NCBI GenBank assembly: GCA_051745145.1
Contig: JBNJDT010000015.1
Location: 1 to 33,775, forward strand
Source of the DNA: Elusimicrobiota bacterium
GTDB taxonomy: Bacteria; CG03; SLGR01; JAGXOG01
DNA: 33,775 nt
Direction: 5' to 3'
In this document: piece after piece, positions 19,710-29,312 of the stretch
How positions within the stretch are numbered: the stretch's first letter is position 1
Layout of the letters: each line of letters opens with the position of its first letter
Translations under genes and position numbers: made by a program
Notes under the pieces: model-generated
The model's database searches: none
What the model was told of the DNA's origin: nothing
What the model saw: only the letters and a program-made list of their open reading frames with translations

Positions 19710-20933
19710 CTATTTTTCTTTTTTAATATTTTTAATTAATTCCGGGACTACTTCAAAAAGATCTCCCACTATTCCATAATTGGAAATATCAAATATCGGG
19801 GCATTGGGGTCCTTATTTACAGCTATAATAACATCCGATGATCTCATTCCCACCTGATGCTGTATAGCTCCGGAAATTCCAACTGCAATATACAATTTTG
19901 GAGCTACCGTTCTACCCGTTTGCCCGACCTGGTGGGAATAGGGTATCCAGCCGGCATCCACTGCCGCCCGGGAAGCTCCCACTGCCCCGCCCAGCAGGCC
20001 GGCCAGCTTTCTTATAAGCTCAAAATTTTCAGGTTTTCCGAGTCCTCTCCCCCCCGAAACAATAATATCGGCGTCAGTTAAATTTACCTTCTGCGTTTCA
20101 TCTTTTATTATTTCAATTATTTTAGTCTTGGACTTTAGTTTTTCGGGATAATCCACTTCAATTATTTCTCCGTCTTTGTTGCTATCCGGCTTTAAGGGCT
20201 GGAAAACTTTATGGCGTACCGTTGCCATCTGGGGGCGATGATGTTCTGTAAGTATGGTGGCCATAATATTGCCCCCGAATGCCGGACGGGTCTGAAGAAG
20301 CACTTTACTATCCGGATCAATAGCTAATCCCGTACAGTCGGCCGTAAGCCCGGTGTCAATTCTGGCCGCTACCCGGGAGGCAAAAGAACGCCCGATTGTA
20401 GTTGCCCCCATCAAAATTATTTCCGGTTTATACTCCTGGATAAGATAACTCAAAACTTCTGTATAGGGCTCATCGTTAAAATTTTCAAGAACGTCCCTTT
20501 CAACTACATAGACTTTGTCGGCTCCATATTCTATCAGTTTTTCCGCTTCGTCCAATATATCCTTACCTAAAAGTACAGCGCACAGCTTGCAGCCGCGGTC
20601 ATCCGCCAGTTTTCTGCCCTTGCCCAAAAGTTCAAGAGCAACTTCCTGAACCTCGCCCTTTTTCTGTTCTGCAAAGACCCAGATATCGGTGTAATCCTTA
20701 ATATTTACCTTGGGTTTTTTCTCTACTTCAGTTATAGAAATTGCTCCCAGCGGGCAGGCGTCCACGCAGGCTCCGCAGAGATTGCATCCTTCATTTATTT
20801 TAGCAATTTTATCGTATTTAGGATGTTCTTTGCCTACCTCAGCCCGGTCTACAATTTCTATTACATTAAACGGACAGGAATCTACACAAACTCCGCAACC
20901 CGAACACTTATCAGAATTTACTTTTATTGGCAT
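19710..20933 (-). CDS. etfA: Electron transfer flavoprotein alpha subunit with N-terminal 2x[4Fe-4S] ferredoxin domain (CarE-like)
   Basis: CSGCGVCVDSCP and CNLCGACVDACP, then WVFAEQ, TGLTADCT, TRPAFGGN, VSGGRG, GASRAAVDAGW, QVGQTG, GISGAIQH. Confidence 0.95.
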   Translation of the reverse strand: MPIKVNSDKCSGCGVCVDSCPFNVIEIVDRAEVGKEHPKYDKIAKINEGCNLCGACVDACPLGAISITEVEKKPKVNIKDYTDIWVFAEQKKGEVQEVALELLGKGRKLADDRGCKLCAVLLGKDILDEAEKLIEYGADKVYVVERDVLENFNDEPYTEVLSYLIQEYKPEIILMGATTIGRSFASRVAARIDTGLTADCTGLAIDPDSKVLLQTRPAFGGNIMATILTEHHRPQMATVRHKVFQPLKPDSNKDGEIIEVDYPEKLKSKTKIIEIIKDETQKVNLTDADIIVSGGRGLGKPENFELIRKLAGLLGGAVGASRAAVDAGWIPYSHQVGQTGRTVAPKLYIAVGISGAIQHQVGMRSSDVIIAVNKDPNAPIFDISNYGIVGDLFEVVPELIKNIKKEK

Positions 20934-21718
20934 TATATAATTCCTTTATCGTTTAATTCCGTAACTAATTTCTTTGCCGTAACTTCCGGCTCCCCCTTTA
21001 AAATCTTGCCCTTCTCTTTTTGGGGAGGCGCAAATATTTTCTCCACTACCGTAGGGGAACCAACCTGGCCTATATTATCAATTTCACAGGCAATATCAGC
21101 GGCATTAAGCTTTTCTATTTCTGCCTTTTTAGCTTTCATTTTTCCCCTCAGCGATGGCATCCGGGGTTCATTAATTTCCTTAACTACGGTCATTAAACAG
21201 GGTAACGAGGACTGAACTACATCGTGGCCGTCCTCCATCATCCGCCTGACCTGGATACCTTCTTCATCTATTTCATCGACTTTCCCCACATAAGTAATAC
21301 ACGGAAAATCAAGCATTTCTGCTACTCCGGGTCCCACCTGGGCGGTATCCCCGTCTATGGCCTGTTTACCGCAAATTACAAGGTCAACTTCCCCTATAGT
21401 CTTTATTCCCCGGGCCAGGGTATAGGAAGTAGCCCAGGTATCCGCTCCGGCAAAATTTCTGTCCGTAAGCAGAATCCCGTCATCGCAGCCTAATGCTATG
21501 GCTTCTTTCAGGGCCTCTTCCGCCTGGGGCGGGCCCATGGAAAGAGCTATAACCTCCCCGTTTAATTTCTCTTTAATCCGCAAAGCCTCTTCTATGGCAT
21601 ACATATCAAAGGGGTTAATTATAGATTCAACCCCCTCCCTTACCAGGGTATTAGTTTCCGGATTAATTTTTACATCGGTAGTATCGGGAACCTGTTTAAT
21701 ACATACAACTATTTTCAT
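20933..21718 (-). CDS. etfB: Electron transfer flavoprotein beta subunit
   Basis: MKIVVCIKQVPDT, NPFD..AIEEA, SMGP, DRNFAGADTWAT, GKQAIDGDTAQVGP, NEPR.P. Confidence 0.96.
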   Translation of the reverse strand: MKIVVCIKQVPDTTDVKINPETNTLVREGVESIINPFDMYAIEEALRIKEKLNGEVIALSMGPPQAEEALKEAIALGCDDGILLTDRNFAGADTWATSYTLARGIKTIGEVDLVICGKQAIDGDTAQVGPGVAEMLDFPCITYVGKVDEIDEEGIQVRRMMEDGHDVVQSSLPCLMTVVKEINEPRMPSLRGKMKAKKAEIEKLNAADIACEIDNIGQVGSPTVVEKIFAPPQKEKGKILKGEPEVTAKKLVTELNDKGII

Positions 21719-21722
21719 TTTT

Positions 21723-22883
21723 TTAGGCCTTTGATTTACTTTCTTTTATAACTTCCTGTCCTATTATACCCTTTTGTATCTCATTAGTGCCCTCATAAAT
21801 CTGGGTGATTTTAGCATCTCTCATATATTTTTCCAGGGGATATTCTTTCATATAGCCGTATCCTCCTAGAATCTGAACAGCTTCAGTGGTCACTTCCATG
21901 GCCACATCTGAAGCAAACAATTTACTCATGGCGCTTATCTTAGATACATCTTTCTTACCGCTATCCACCATCCGGGCCGCACGATATACCAGATTCCGGG
22001 CCGCCTCGGTTTTAGTGGATAATTCCGCTATCTTATGCCTGTTGGCCTGAAAAGAGGATATAGGTCTGCCAAACTGTATTCTCTGAGTGGCATACTTTAC
22101 CGCTTCGTCAATAGCGCCCTGGGCGATTCCCACTGCCTGGGCCCCTATCCCCGGTCTGGATTTATCAAAAGTCTTCATTGCCACTATAAAGCCCAATCCT
22201 TCTCTTTTAAGCAGATTCTCCACGGGCACCCGGCACTCGTCGAATACCAGCTCTCTGGTAGCCGAAGCTCTTATTCCCATTTTATCTTCTTCTTTTCCGA
22301 AATCAAATCCATCTGTGCCCTTTTCCACAATAAGAGCCGAAGCTCCGCGGGGTCCTCGGGATTTGTCGGTCATAGCCACTACGGTATATATATCCGCAAC
22401 TCCACCGTTTGTTATAAAAACTTTATTGCCGTTTAAAATATAATCGTCACCGTCTTTTTCAGCCGTAGTTTCAATTCCGCTGGCATCACTTCCGGCATTG
22501 GGCTCGGTCAATCCGAAAGCCGCAAGCTTTTCACCGCTGGCAATCTGGGGAAGATATTTTTTCTTCTGCTCTTCCGAGCCGTACAGCATTATGGGATACG
22601 CTCCCAGCGCAGAAGCCGCATAACTTACCGCAACGCCCGCACAGACTTTAGAAAGCTCTTCAGTGACAATACACAACTCTAAAGCTCCCCCTCCCAGACC
22701 TCCATATTCTTCGGGCACAAATATTGCAAAAAGATCACTGTCGGCCAGTGTTTTCATTATTTCTTCCGGAAATTCTCTTTTTTCATCCAGTTCCGCCCGG
22801 ACAGGCTTAACTTTATCCTGGGCAATTTGCCTGGCCAGATCTTTAATCATCAACTGTTCTTCCGTAAAATTGTAATTATTCAT
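21723..22883 (-). CDS. Acyl-CoA dehydrogenase / enoyl-CoA reductase, short-chain (Bcd/CarC-like)
   Basis: FGLTEPNAGSDA, KVFITNG, KMGIRAS, R.QFG, QILGGYGY, RDAKITQIYEGTNEIQ with the catalytic Glu. AAGGAG RBS. Confidence 0.95.
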   Translation of the reverse strand: MNNYNFTEEQLMIKDLARQIAQDKVKPVRAELDEKREFPEEIMKTLADSDLFAIFVPEEYGGLGGGALELCIVTEELSKVCAGVAVSYAASALGAYPIMLYGSEEQKKKYLPQIASGEKLAAFGLTEPNAGSDASGIETTAEKDGDDYILNGNKVFITNGGVADIYTVVAMTDKSRGPRGASALIVEKGTDGFDFGKEEDKMGIRASATRELVFDECRVPVENLLKREGLGFIVAMKTFDKSRPGIGAQAVGIAQGAIDEAVKYATQRIQFGRPISSFQANRHKIAELSTKTEAARNLVYRAARMVDSGKKDVSKISAMSKLFASDVAMEVTTEAVQILGGYGYMKEYPLEKYMRDAKITQIYEGTNEIQKGIIGQEVIKESKSKA

Positions 22884-22969
22884 AAATTTTCTCCTTTATC
22901 GGTTATTAATATAATACATAAAATAAAACAAAATCCCGTTATATGTTCATAAATTTTATAAATTTAAGC

Positions 22970-23638
22970 TTAATCTTTATTATTACTTAATTTGGCGTAA
23001 GCTTCTTTAGCCGCACGCTGATGGGCTTCCTTTTTAGTCAGCCCCTCCCCGGTTCCATAGACTTCTCCGTCAATTTTAACATCCACCTTAAACCAACGGC
23101 TGTGAGGCGGTCCTTCCACTTTTACTGTTTCATAATCGGGAATACTTCCCTGCCGGCCGACAGTGAGCTCCTGCAGCCGGGATTTAAAATCCATTATCTT
23201 ATCAAAATTCTTATTTCTTACGTAACTATTTATAAAGTCATAAGCTCGTTGAAAACCGCCGTCCAAATAAATAGCTCCGATTATGGCTTCCACCGTATCC
23301 CCGATTATATGGGTCTCCCGGTCTTTGACATGTTTTGCCATTCTATTCCCCAGTAAAACATGTTCTTCAAGATTGAGTTTATGACCCCATTTTTTCAAAG
23401 ATTTTCTGGAAACTATTCTAGCTCTGAGCTGGGTTAATTCCCCTTCATCTTTACCGGGAAATTTATCGTATAGTATTATGCTTACGCATGCATTTAAAAT
23501 ACTATCCCCTAAAAATTCCAGGCGCTCATTATCCTTTTTTAAACCGTGCTGGGCTGCATAGGAACTGTGCAGTAGAGCTTTATCTAATAAAGATTTATCT
23601 TTAAAATCTATTCCCAGCTGCTTACTGATCTTTTCCAA
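22970..23638 (-). CDS. rnc: Ribonuclease III
   Basis: NERLEFLGD signature, DTVEAIIGAIYLDGG, C-terminal dsRBD (KSRLQE, GPPH, KKEAHQRAA). TTG start. Confidence 0.97.
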   Translation of the reverse strand: MEKISKQLGIDFKDKSLLDKALLHSSYAAQHGLKKDNERLEFLGDSILNACVSIILYDKFPGKDEGELTQLRARIVSRKSLKKWGHKLNLEEHVLLGNRMAKHVKDRETHIIGDTVEAIIGAIYLDGGFQRAYDFINSYVRNKNFDKIMDFKSRLQELTVGRQGSIPDYETVKVEGPPHSRWFKVDVKIDGEVYGTGEGLTKKEAHQRAAKEAYAKLSNNKD

Positions 23639-23649
23639 CAGCCTCTATC

Positions 23650-24906
23650 TCACCCGTCGAATTTTTCGACGATTATAGAACAATTATGTCCTCCAAAACC
23701 CAGAGAATTAGAAAGAGCTGAACTTACCTGGGTTTTTCTGGCCTCATTGGGGACGTAATCAAGATCACAGTCCGGATCCGGATTCTCATAATTAATAGTT
23801 GGATGAATAATTCCTTCGTTTATAGTCTTAATAGAAGCTATAATTTCCACCGCCCCGGAAGCACCCAAAAGATGTCCTACCATCGATTTTGTCGAAGAAA
23901 TAGGTAAATTCTTTGCATGATCACCGAAAACCTCTTTTAAAACTGCTGTTTCAATTTTGTCATTCAAGGGAGTGGAAGTACCGTGAGCATTTATGTAATC
24001 CATATCCTCGGGATTCATACTTGCATCTTTTAATGCATGTCTCATTGCCGCGATACCACTTTTCCCGTCTGCAGGCGGTGCAGTTATATGATAAGCATCG
24101 GCAGTAGCTCCATACCCGGTAACTTCAGCCAGTATATTTGCCCCTCTATTTTGAGCATGTTCCAGCTCTTCTAAGACTAAAATACCGGCCCCTTCGGCCA
24201 TAACAAAACCATCTCTCTCTTTATCAAAAGGTCGACTTGCCTTTTTTGGCTCGTCATTCCTGGTAGAAAGAGCCCTGGCTGAGCAAAACCCGCCCAAACC
24301 CAGCGGAGAAATTGAATTTTCAGCGCCGCCGGCTAAGATTACATCGGCATCGCCGTATTGGATCATTCTAAAAGCATCTCCGATAGAATTGGCACTTGAA
24401 GCACACGCACTGACCACAGCATAGTTACACCCTTTCATATTGTGCCTTATCGCTACCTGTCCGGATGCCATATCTATTATCATAGCCGGAATTAGAAACG
24501 GACTTATCCTACGGGGACCACGCTTTAGAAATCTCTTATGCTGTTTTTCTATAGTCTGTAATCCACCAATTCCGCTACCGATAATAACTCCACACCTGTA
24601 GGGATCCTCTTTTTCCATATCCAGCCCGGCATTTTCAAGCGCTTCGTCACTGGCCGCTAGGGAATACAGTATAAAATCATCAGCTTTCCTTTGCTGTTTG
24701 CTGTCTATACCGTAATCTGCGGGATCAAAATTTTTCAACTCCCCGGCAACTCTTGAGGTAAACTCATCTGCATCAAATTGTGTGATTCTTCCCACACCGG
24801 ATTTACCCTCAATAAGGGATTGCCAGTAATCATTGACATTTAATCCTACGGGGGTTAAAGCACCCATGCCGGTAACTACAACACGTCGATCGGTTTGGTC
24901 GGTCAT
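23650..24906 (-). CDS. fabF: 3-oxoacyl-ACP synthase II
   Basis: RRVVVTGMG; catalytic Cys in SACAS and His residues in NAHGTST and GHLLGA; GFGGHN. Confidence 0.97.
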   Translation of the reverse strand: MTDQTDRRVVVTGMGALTPVGLNVNDYWQSLIEGKSGVGRITQFDADEFTSRVAGELKNFDPADYGIDSKQQRKADDFILYSLAASDEALENAGLDMEKEDPYRCGVIIGSGIGGLQTIEKQHKRFLKRGPRRISPFLIPAMIIDMASGQVAIRHNMKGCNYAVVSACASSANSIGDAFRMIQYGDADVILAGGAENSISPLGLGGFCSARALSTRNDEPKKASRPFDKERDGFVMAEGAGILVLEELEHAQNRGANILAEVTGYGATADAYHITAPPADGKSGIAAMRHALKDASMNPEDMDYINAHGTSTPLNDKIETAVLKEVFGDHAKNLPISSTKSMVGHLLGASGAVEIIASIKTINEGIIHPTINYENPDPDCDLDYVPNEARKTQVSSALSNSLGFGGHNCSIIVEKFDG

Positions 24907-24991
24907 CTTATTTTTATTTTATCTCCTTGATATTTTTATTAACTTTAACTACTAAAAAATGAACCAAACAGTAACTTTTTATAAAATACAA

Positions 24992-25043
24992 TAAATTTAG
25001 TATATTTTTGGGTTTTCCAGGAAAACCTCCTTAACTAAATTTA
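24992..25043. promoter_or_regulatory. Nested inverted repeat between acpP and fabF (RNA hairpin or operator)
   Basis: Inner palindrome GGTTTTCC-A-GGAAAACC at 25011-25027; outer 10-bp arms TAAATTTAGT (24992-25001) and ACTAAATTTA (25034-25043). The structure is seen directly; its function is unknown. Confidence 0.5.
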
Positions 25044-25097
25044 CCATACCAAATTTTATCATACCTTATTATTATTTACTGTATGAATATAACTAAA

Positions 25098-25331
25098 TTA
25101 CTGGTTATCTTTAATATAGTCTATGGCACTACCCACTGTATCTATATTTTCTGCTTCTTCATCGGGAATTTCCTGATCAAATTCATCTTCTAAAGCCATA
25201 ACTAATTCCACAGTATCAAGCGAATCCGCTCCCAAGTCATTAATAAAAGAAGCTTCCGGAACTACTTCGTCCATCTCTACACCTAACTGTTCGCCGATAA
25301 TTTCTTTTACTCTTTCTTCGATTGATGCCAT
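25098..25331 (-). CDS. acpP: Acyl carrier protein
   Basis: [14 protein letters not shown] phosphopantetheine site; acidic 77-aa protein. Confidence 0.98.
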   Translation of the reverse strand: MASIEERVKEIIGEQLGVEMDEVVPEASFINDLGADSLDTVELVMALEDEFDQEIPDEEAENIDTVGSAIDYIKDNQ

Positions 25332-25381
25332 TATTTTTTCTCCTTATCTTTTTACTATAACTTACCTACACACTTACTAAC

Positions 25382-26113
25382 TTATCCTGTTACTAAACCA
25401 CCGTCAATATTTATCACTTGCCCGGTTATATAACTGGAATTATCCAGGGCCAAAAACCTGACAGTTTTGGCTACTTCTTCGGGTAAGCCCAATCTATTTA
25501 ACGGTATGTTTTTCAAAAAACCTTCTTTAACTTTATCCGGTAATTCTTCAGTCATTTTAGTTTTTATAAAACCAGGGGCCACTGCATTTACCCGTATATT
25601 ACGGCCGGCAAATTCTTTGGCCATGGTTTTAGTTAGAGATATCACCCCGCCTTTAGAAGCAGAGTAATTAGCCTGACCGGGGTTTCCTATAATCCCCACC
25701 ACGGAAGCTATATTAACTATACTCCCCGTTTTGGCTTTTAACATGGAGTGTCTAACTACTTTTTGAGAAAAGTTAAATACGCCCTTTAGGTTAATCCCAA
25801 TGACACTGTCCCACTCTTTTTCTTTCATCCTGATCATATAATTATCCTGAGTTATACCGGCATTATTTATAAGTATATCAATCTTGTTATATTTTTCAAT
25901 AATTTCTTTTACTGTTTCCTCTACTTCCCGGGTATTGCTCACATCAGCTATAAAATAATCTCCTTCTAATTCCCGGGCAGTACTCTTAGCTGCCTTCTCA
26001 TCGACATCAACAATTATTGGTTTACAGCCGGCATCGGATAATTCCCGGACAATAGCTTTCCCTATGCCCTGTCCGCCGCCGGTTATTAAAGCTATTTTTT
26101 GATTCTGGCTCAT
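25382..26113 (-). CDS. fabG: 3-oxoacyl-ACP reductase
   Basis: TGGGQGIG, NNAGIT, YSASK, VAPGFI. ATG at 26113 with GGAGGT RBS preferred over the ORF-track start at 26131. Confidence 0.96.
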   Translation of the reverse strand: MSQNQKIALITGGGQGIGKAIVRELSDAGCKPIIVDVDEKAAKSTARELEGDYFIADVSNTREVEETVKEIIEKYNKIDILINNAGITQDNYMIRMKEKEWDSVIGINLKGVFNFSQKVVRHSMLKAKTGSIVNIASVVGIIGNPGQANYSASKGGVISLTKTMAKEFAGRNIRVNAVAPGFIKTKMTEELPDKVKEGFLKNIPLNRLGLPEEVAKTVRFLALDNSSYITGQVINIDGGLVTG

Positions 26114-26114
26114 T

Positions 26115-27047
26115 TTAACCTCCGGTATCAATTTTCTGCAGTTCGCCGGGAGAACTTACGCCTTTCAATTTGATTTTTCTATTTATTCGCCTTACCAGGC
26201 CCTTTAAAACTTTTCCCGGTCCCGCCTCTATATAAAGACCTTCACCTATATCTTCATAAATATTATTTACTATGCTAATCCACCTAACCGGTGAATTAAC
26301 CTGCTTTATCAAAACTTTTTTAATATCTTTTGCCGAATTTACAACTTGACCCGTGTAATTAGAATAAAATTTTATCCGGGGATTTTTTATATTAAAACTT
26401 TCAATCTTTTTACTCATTTCAGGAACCGCATCATCCATTAGCGGGGAATGAAATCCCCCGCTTACTTCAAGCTCTTTTACCAGTCTGGCGCCGGCTTCCT
26501 TAATAATTTTTACAGTATCTTTTAATATATTTCTCTGGACACTTACAACCAGCTGTCCGGGGGAATTATAATTTACTATTTCGGCAATTCCTTTAATATC
26601 GGATAAGACTTCTTCCAGTTTTTCTTCTTCCATTCCGATAACCACTACCATACCCCCGGGATTATTTTCAGCGGCCCTGGCAAATACTTCCCCCCTAAAA
26701 TTTACCAATTTTAATCCGTCCTGCCAGCTTAAAGCGCCGCTGGTAACTACCGCACCGTATTCCCCTAAACTGTGACCGGCGACGGCATCCGGTTTTATAC
26801 CTTTTTGAGTTAAAGCCCGGTAGATAATCATTTCAGTCATATAGACAGCCGGCTGAGTAATTTTTGTGTCTTTTAATTTTTCTTTCGAGCCCTCAAATAT
26901 AATTTCTTTTAAATTGTAGCCTAAAATCTCATTGGCTTCCGACCACATTTTATCGCACCAGTTTCCCGGTTCAAAAAATTCCCGGCCCATTCCCGGTTTT
27001 TGAGAACCCTGTCCCGGATATAAAATTACTGTTTTGTCATTACTCAT
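26115..27047 (-). CDS. fabD: Malonyl-CoA:ACP transacylase
   Basis: PGQGSQ, TQPA, GHSLGE, NYNSPGQ, FHSPLM, GPGKVL. Confidence 0.97.
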   Translation of the reverse strand: MSNDKTVILYPGQGSQKPGMGREFFEPGNWCDKMWSEANEILGYNLKEIIFEGSKEKLKDTKITQPAVYMTEMIIYRALTQKGIKPDAVAGHSLGEYGAVVTSGALSWQDGLKLVNFRGEVFARAAENNPGGMVVVIGMEEEKLEEVLSDIKGIAEIVNYNSPGQLVVSVQRNILKDTVKIIKEAGARLVKELEVSGGFHSPLMDDAVPEMSKKIESFNIKNPRIKFYSNYTGQVVNSAKDIKKVLIKQVNSPVRWISIVNNIYEDIGEGLYIEAGPGKVLKGLVRRINRKIKLKGVSSPGELQKIDTGG

Positions 27048-27068
27048 AAATTGTATATCTTATCCTTT

Positions 27069-28049
27069 CTAAAACTTTATTACTACAGATCCCCATGTCA
27101 ACCCGCCGCCAAAAGCAACAAGTTGCACAATATCACCTTCTCCGATATTGTTTTCCTTAACTGCTTCATCTAACCCCACTGCCGTAGTGGCCGCGGACAT
27201 ATTGCCGTATTTTTCTATATTGACAAATACTCTGTCTAAATCCACTTTTAACACCTTAGCCAGCGACTCTATTATCCTTAAGTTGGCCTGGTGGGGAATA
27301 AGTATTTCAATATCTTCTGAGGAAAGATCGGCTCTTTTGAGAGCTTTTTTAACGCTTTTGGCCATCTTTTTTATAGCTATTTTAAAAGTTTCCCGCCCGG
27401 CCATTTTCATATAGTGGAGCCCCTTCTTTACTGTCTCTTCGGAAGCCGGTTTTTCTGAGCCACCGGCGGGGAGCCTTAAAAGATTTTTATAACTGCCGTC
27501 GGCTCCCAAATATGAAGATAAAATACCATCATTCTTTTCAGAAGCGGTCAAAACCGCCGCACCCGCACCGTCTCCAAAAAGTACGCAGGTATTTCTATCC
27601 TGCCAGTCCGTTATCCGGGAGAGTACCTCACTGGCAATTACCAGGGCGTTCTTATAATTTCCGGTTTTCAGCATTCCTTCGCCCACAGAAAGGCCGGTAA
27701 TAAATCCGGTGCATGCCGCTTCCACATCAAAAGCGGCGGCATCTTTAATTCCCAATTTTTCTTTTATCAGGCATGCTGTCGCCGGGAACACCATATCCGG
27801 CGTAATGGTACAACATATAACAAGATCAATATCCTGAATATCTATTCCCGCATCCTCAATGGCTTTTTTACCGGCTCTCTTGGCCAGATCGCTGGCCGAC
27901 TGCTCTTCAGAAGCTATTCTTCTTTCTTTTATGCCTGTTCGCTGGGTAATCCACTCGTCACTTGTATCCACCATTTTTTCAAGATCTTCATTACTTAAAA
28001 CTTCTTCCGGCAGATAAGAGCCCGTTCCGGTTATTTTAATTCTATCCAT
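27069..28049 (-). CDS. fabH: 3-oxoacyl-ACP synthase III
   Basis: DTSDEWI..RTGI; catalytic triad in AACTGF, PHQAN and YGNMSAA; FGGGLTWG. Confidence 0.97.
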   Translation of the reverse strand: MDRIKITGTGSYLPEEVLSNEDLEKMVDTSDEWITQRTGIKERRIASEEQSASDLAKRAGKKAIEDAGIDIQDIDLVICCTITPDMVFPATACLIKEKLGIKDAAAFDVEAACTGFITGLSVGEGMLKTGNYKNALVIASEVLSRITDWQDRNTCVLFGDGAGAAVLTASEKNDGILSSYLGADGSYKNLLRLPAGGSEKPASEETVKKGLHYMKMAGRETFKIAIKKMAKSVKKALKRADLSSEDIEILIPHQANLRIIESLAKVLKVDLDRVFVNIEKYGNMSAATTAVGLDEAVKENNIGEGDIVQLVAFGGGLTWGSVVIKF

Positions 28050-29056
28050 TATAAATTCTCTTCTATATGCTTATTCACGTCCTGTTCAATAAACTCGGCC
28101 GCCACATTTACGGCATTTTTAATTGCTTTGGCGTTGGAATTTCCGTGAGATATTATACACGTTCCCTCAAGCCCGAGCAGAGGTGCTCCACCGATTTCTT
28201 CATAAAAAACTTTTTTCTTCAAATCGGAAAAGGCACCTTTCATTATACCGGCTCCTATTTTTCTTAATAAATTTTTATCTATTTCCCGTTTGAGCATTTT
28301 TACCATACTGCCGGCTATGCTTTCCCCAAATTTAAGAATTATATTTCCGGTAAATCCATCGCACACCACCACATCCACATCCCCTGTGATTATATCATTT
28401 CCTTCAATATTACCGATAAAATTCACATCGCTCTTCATAAGCATTTTATAAGTTGAGCGGGTAAGTTTATTTCCCTTTCCTTTTTCATGGCCCATGCTAA
28501 CAAGCCCGATACGGGGAATGCGCCTTTTATAGACATCCCGTACGTAGGCCTCCCCCATCAGGGCAAACTGATACAGATGTTTGGGTTTACATTCTGCATT
28601 AGCTCCGGCATCCACTATCACGCAGGGCTCTTTTAAAGTGGGGAAAATAGAAGCTATCGCCGGTCTTTTTACGCCTCTTAATTTATCGAGATTTATTGCG
28701 GACGCGGCCATGAATGCCCCGGAGTTCCCGGCAGAAACAAGTCCGTCCACTTTACCTTCGTGCAGAAGATTTACCCCGACAACAAGGGAAGAGTCCAACT
28801 TTTTGGTAACCGCTCTCATGGGTGAATCCCCCATCTCTATCACCTGAGAAGCGTCTCTTATCTCAATGGGAAGAGCGCCGGCATTTAACTTTGAAAGCTC
28901 TTTTTTTATTACTTTTTTCTTTCCCACTAAAACTATTTCAATATTGTCCTTGCGGACAACGTTTCCCAGACCATCGGGTTCTAAAGCTTTTATGGCGCCC
29001 TTAATATTAGGTCCGGGCGCTCTGTCTCCCCCCATAGCATCTATTGCAATTTTCAA
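28049..29056 (-). CDS. plsX: Phosphate acyltransferase PlsX
   Basis: IAIDAMGGD, SAGNSGA, RPAI, DAGAN, FIGNIEG, VCDGFTGN, GGAPLLG, SHG. TTG start. Confidence 0.97.
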   Translation of the reverse strand: MKIAIDAMGGDRAPGPNIKGAIKALEPDGLGNVVRKDNIEIVLVGKKKVIKKELSKLNAGALPIEIRDASQVIEMGDSPMRAVTKKLDSSLVVGVNLLHEGKVDGLVSAGNSGAFMAASAINLDKLRGVKRPAIASIFPTLKEPCVIVDAGANAECKPKHLYQFALMGEAYVRDVYKRRIPRIGLVSMGHEKGKGNKLTRSTYKMLMKSDVNFIGNIEGNDIITGDVDVVVCDGFTGNIILKFGESIAGSMVKMLKREIDKNLLRKIGAGIMKGAFSDLKKKVFYEEIGGAPLLGLEGTCIISHGNSNAKAIKNAVNVAAEFIEQDVNKHIEENL

Positions 29057-29058
29057 CT

Positions 29059-29247
29059 TTATTTCTCCTGTTCTTTATCACCAAAAATCACCCGATCTTT
29101 ATATGTACCACACTCGGTACAAACACGATGGGGTAACTTAGCTGCTCCACAATTGGGACAGAAACTATAGTTAGTGGATTTAATTTTTTTAGATGAACGA
29201 CGTTTATTAGTTCTGGATTTTGACTGTCTTCGCTTTGGGACTGCCAT
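29059..29247 (-). CDS. rpmF: 50S ribosomal protein L32, zinc-ribbon form
   Basis: MAVPKRRQSKSR, CPNCG..LPHRVCTECGTY; TAAGGAGGT RBS. Confidence 0.98.
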   Translation of the reverse strand: MAVPKRRQSKSRTNKRRSSKKIKSTNYSFCPNCGAAKLPHRVCTECGTYKDRVIFGDKEQEK

Positions 29248-29283
29248 ATTTACCTCCTTAATTTAGTTAATTATTTCCTATAA

Positions 29284-29312
29284 TTTTTATCAATTTAAAT
29301 TTAATTTGTCAA
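29284..29312 (-). promoter_or_regulatory. Candidate sigma70 promoter for the rpmF-plsX-fab operon
   Basis: Perfect TTGACA (29312-29307), 17-nt spacer ending TGA, then TAAAAA (imperfect -10 with extended TGn). Confidence 0.45.

Noticed and set aside
22879..22957. 12-bp direct repeat TTCATAAATTTT (22879 and 22946) and a possible Rex operator upstream of the ACAD
   Set aside because: Low-complexity AT-rich match, and no fit to the Rex palindrome TTGTGAA-N4-TTCACAA.
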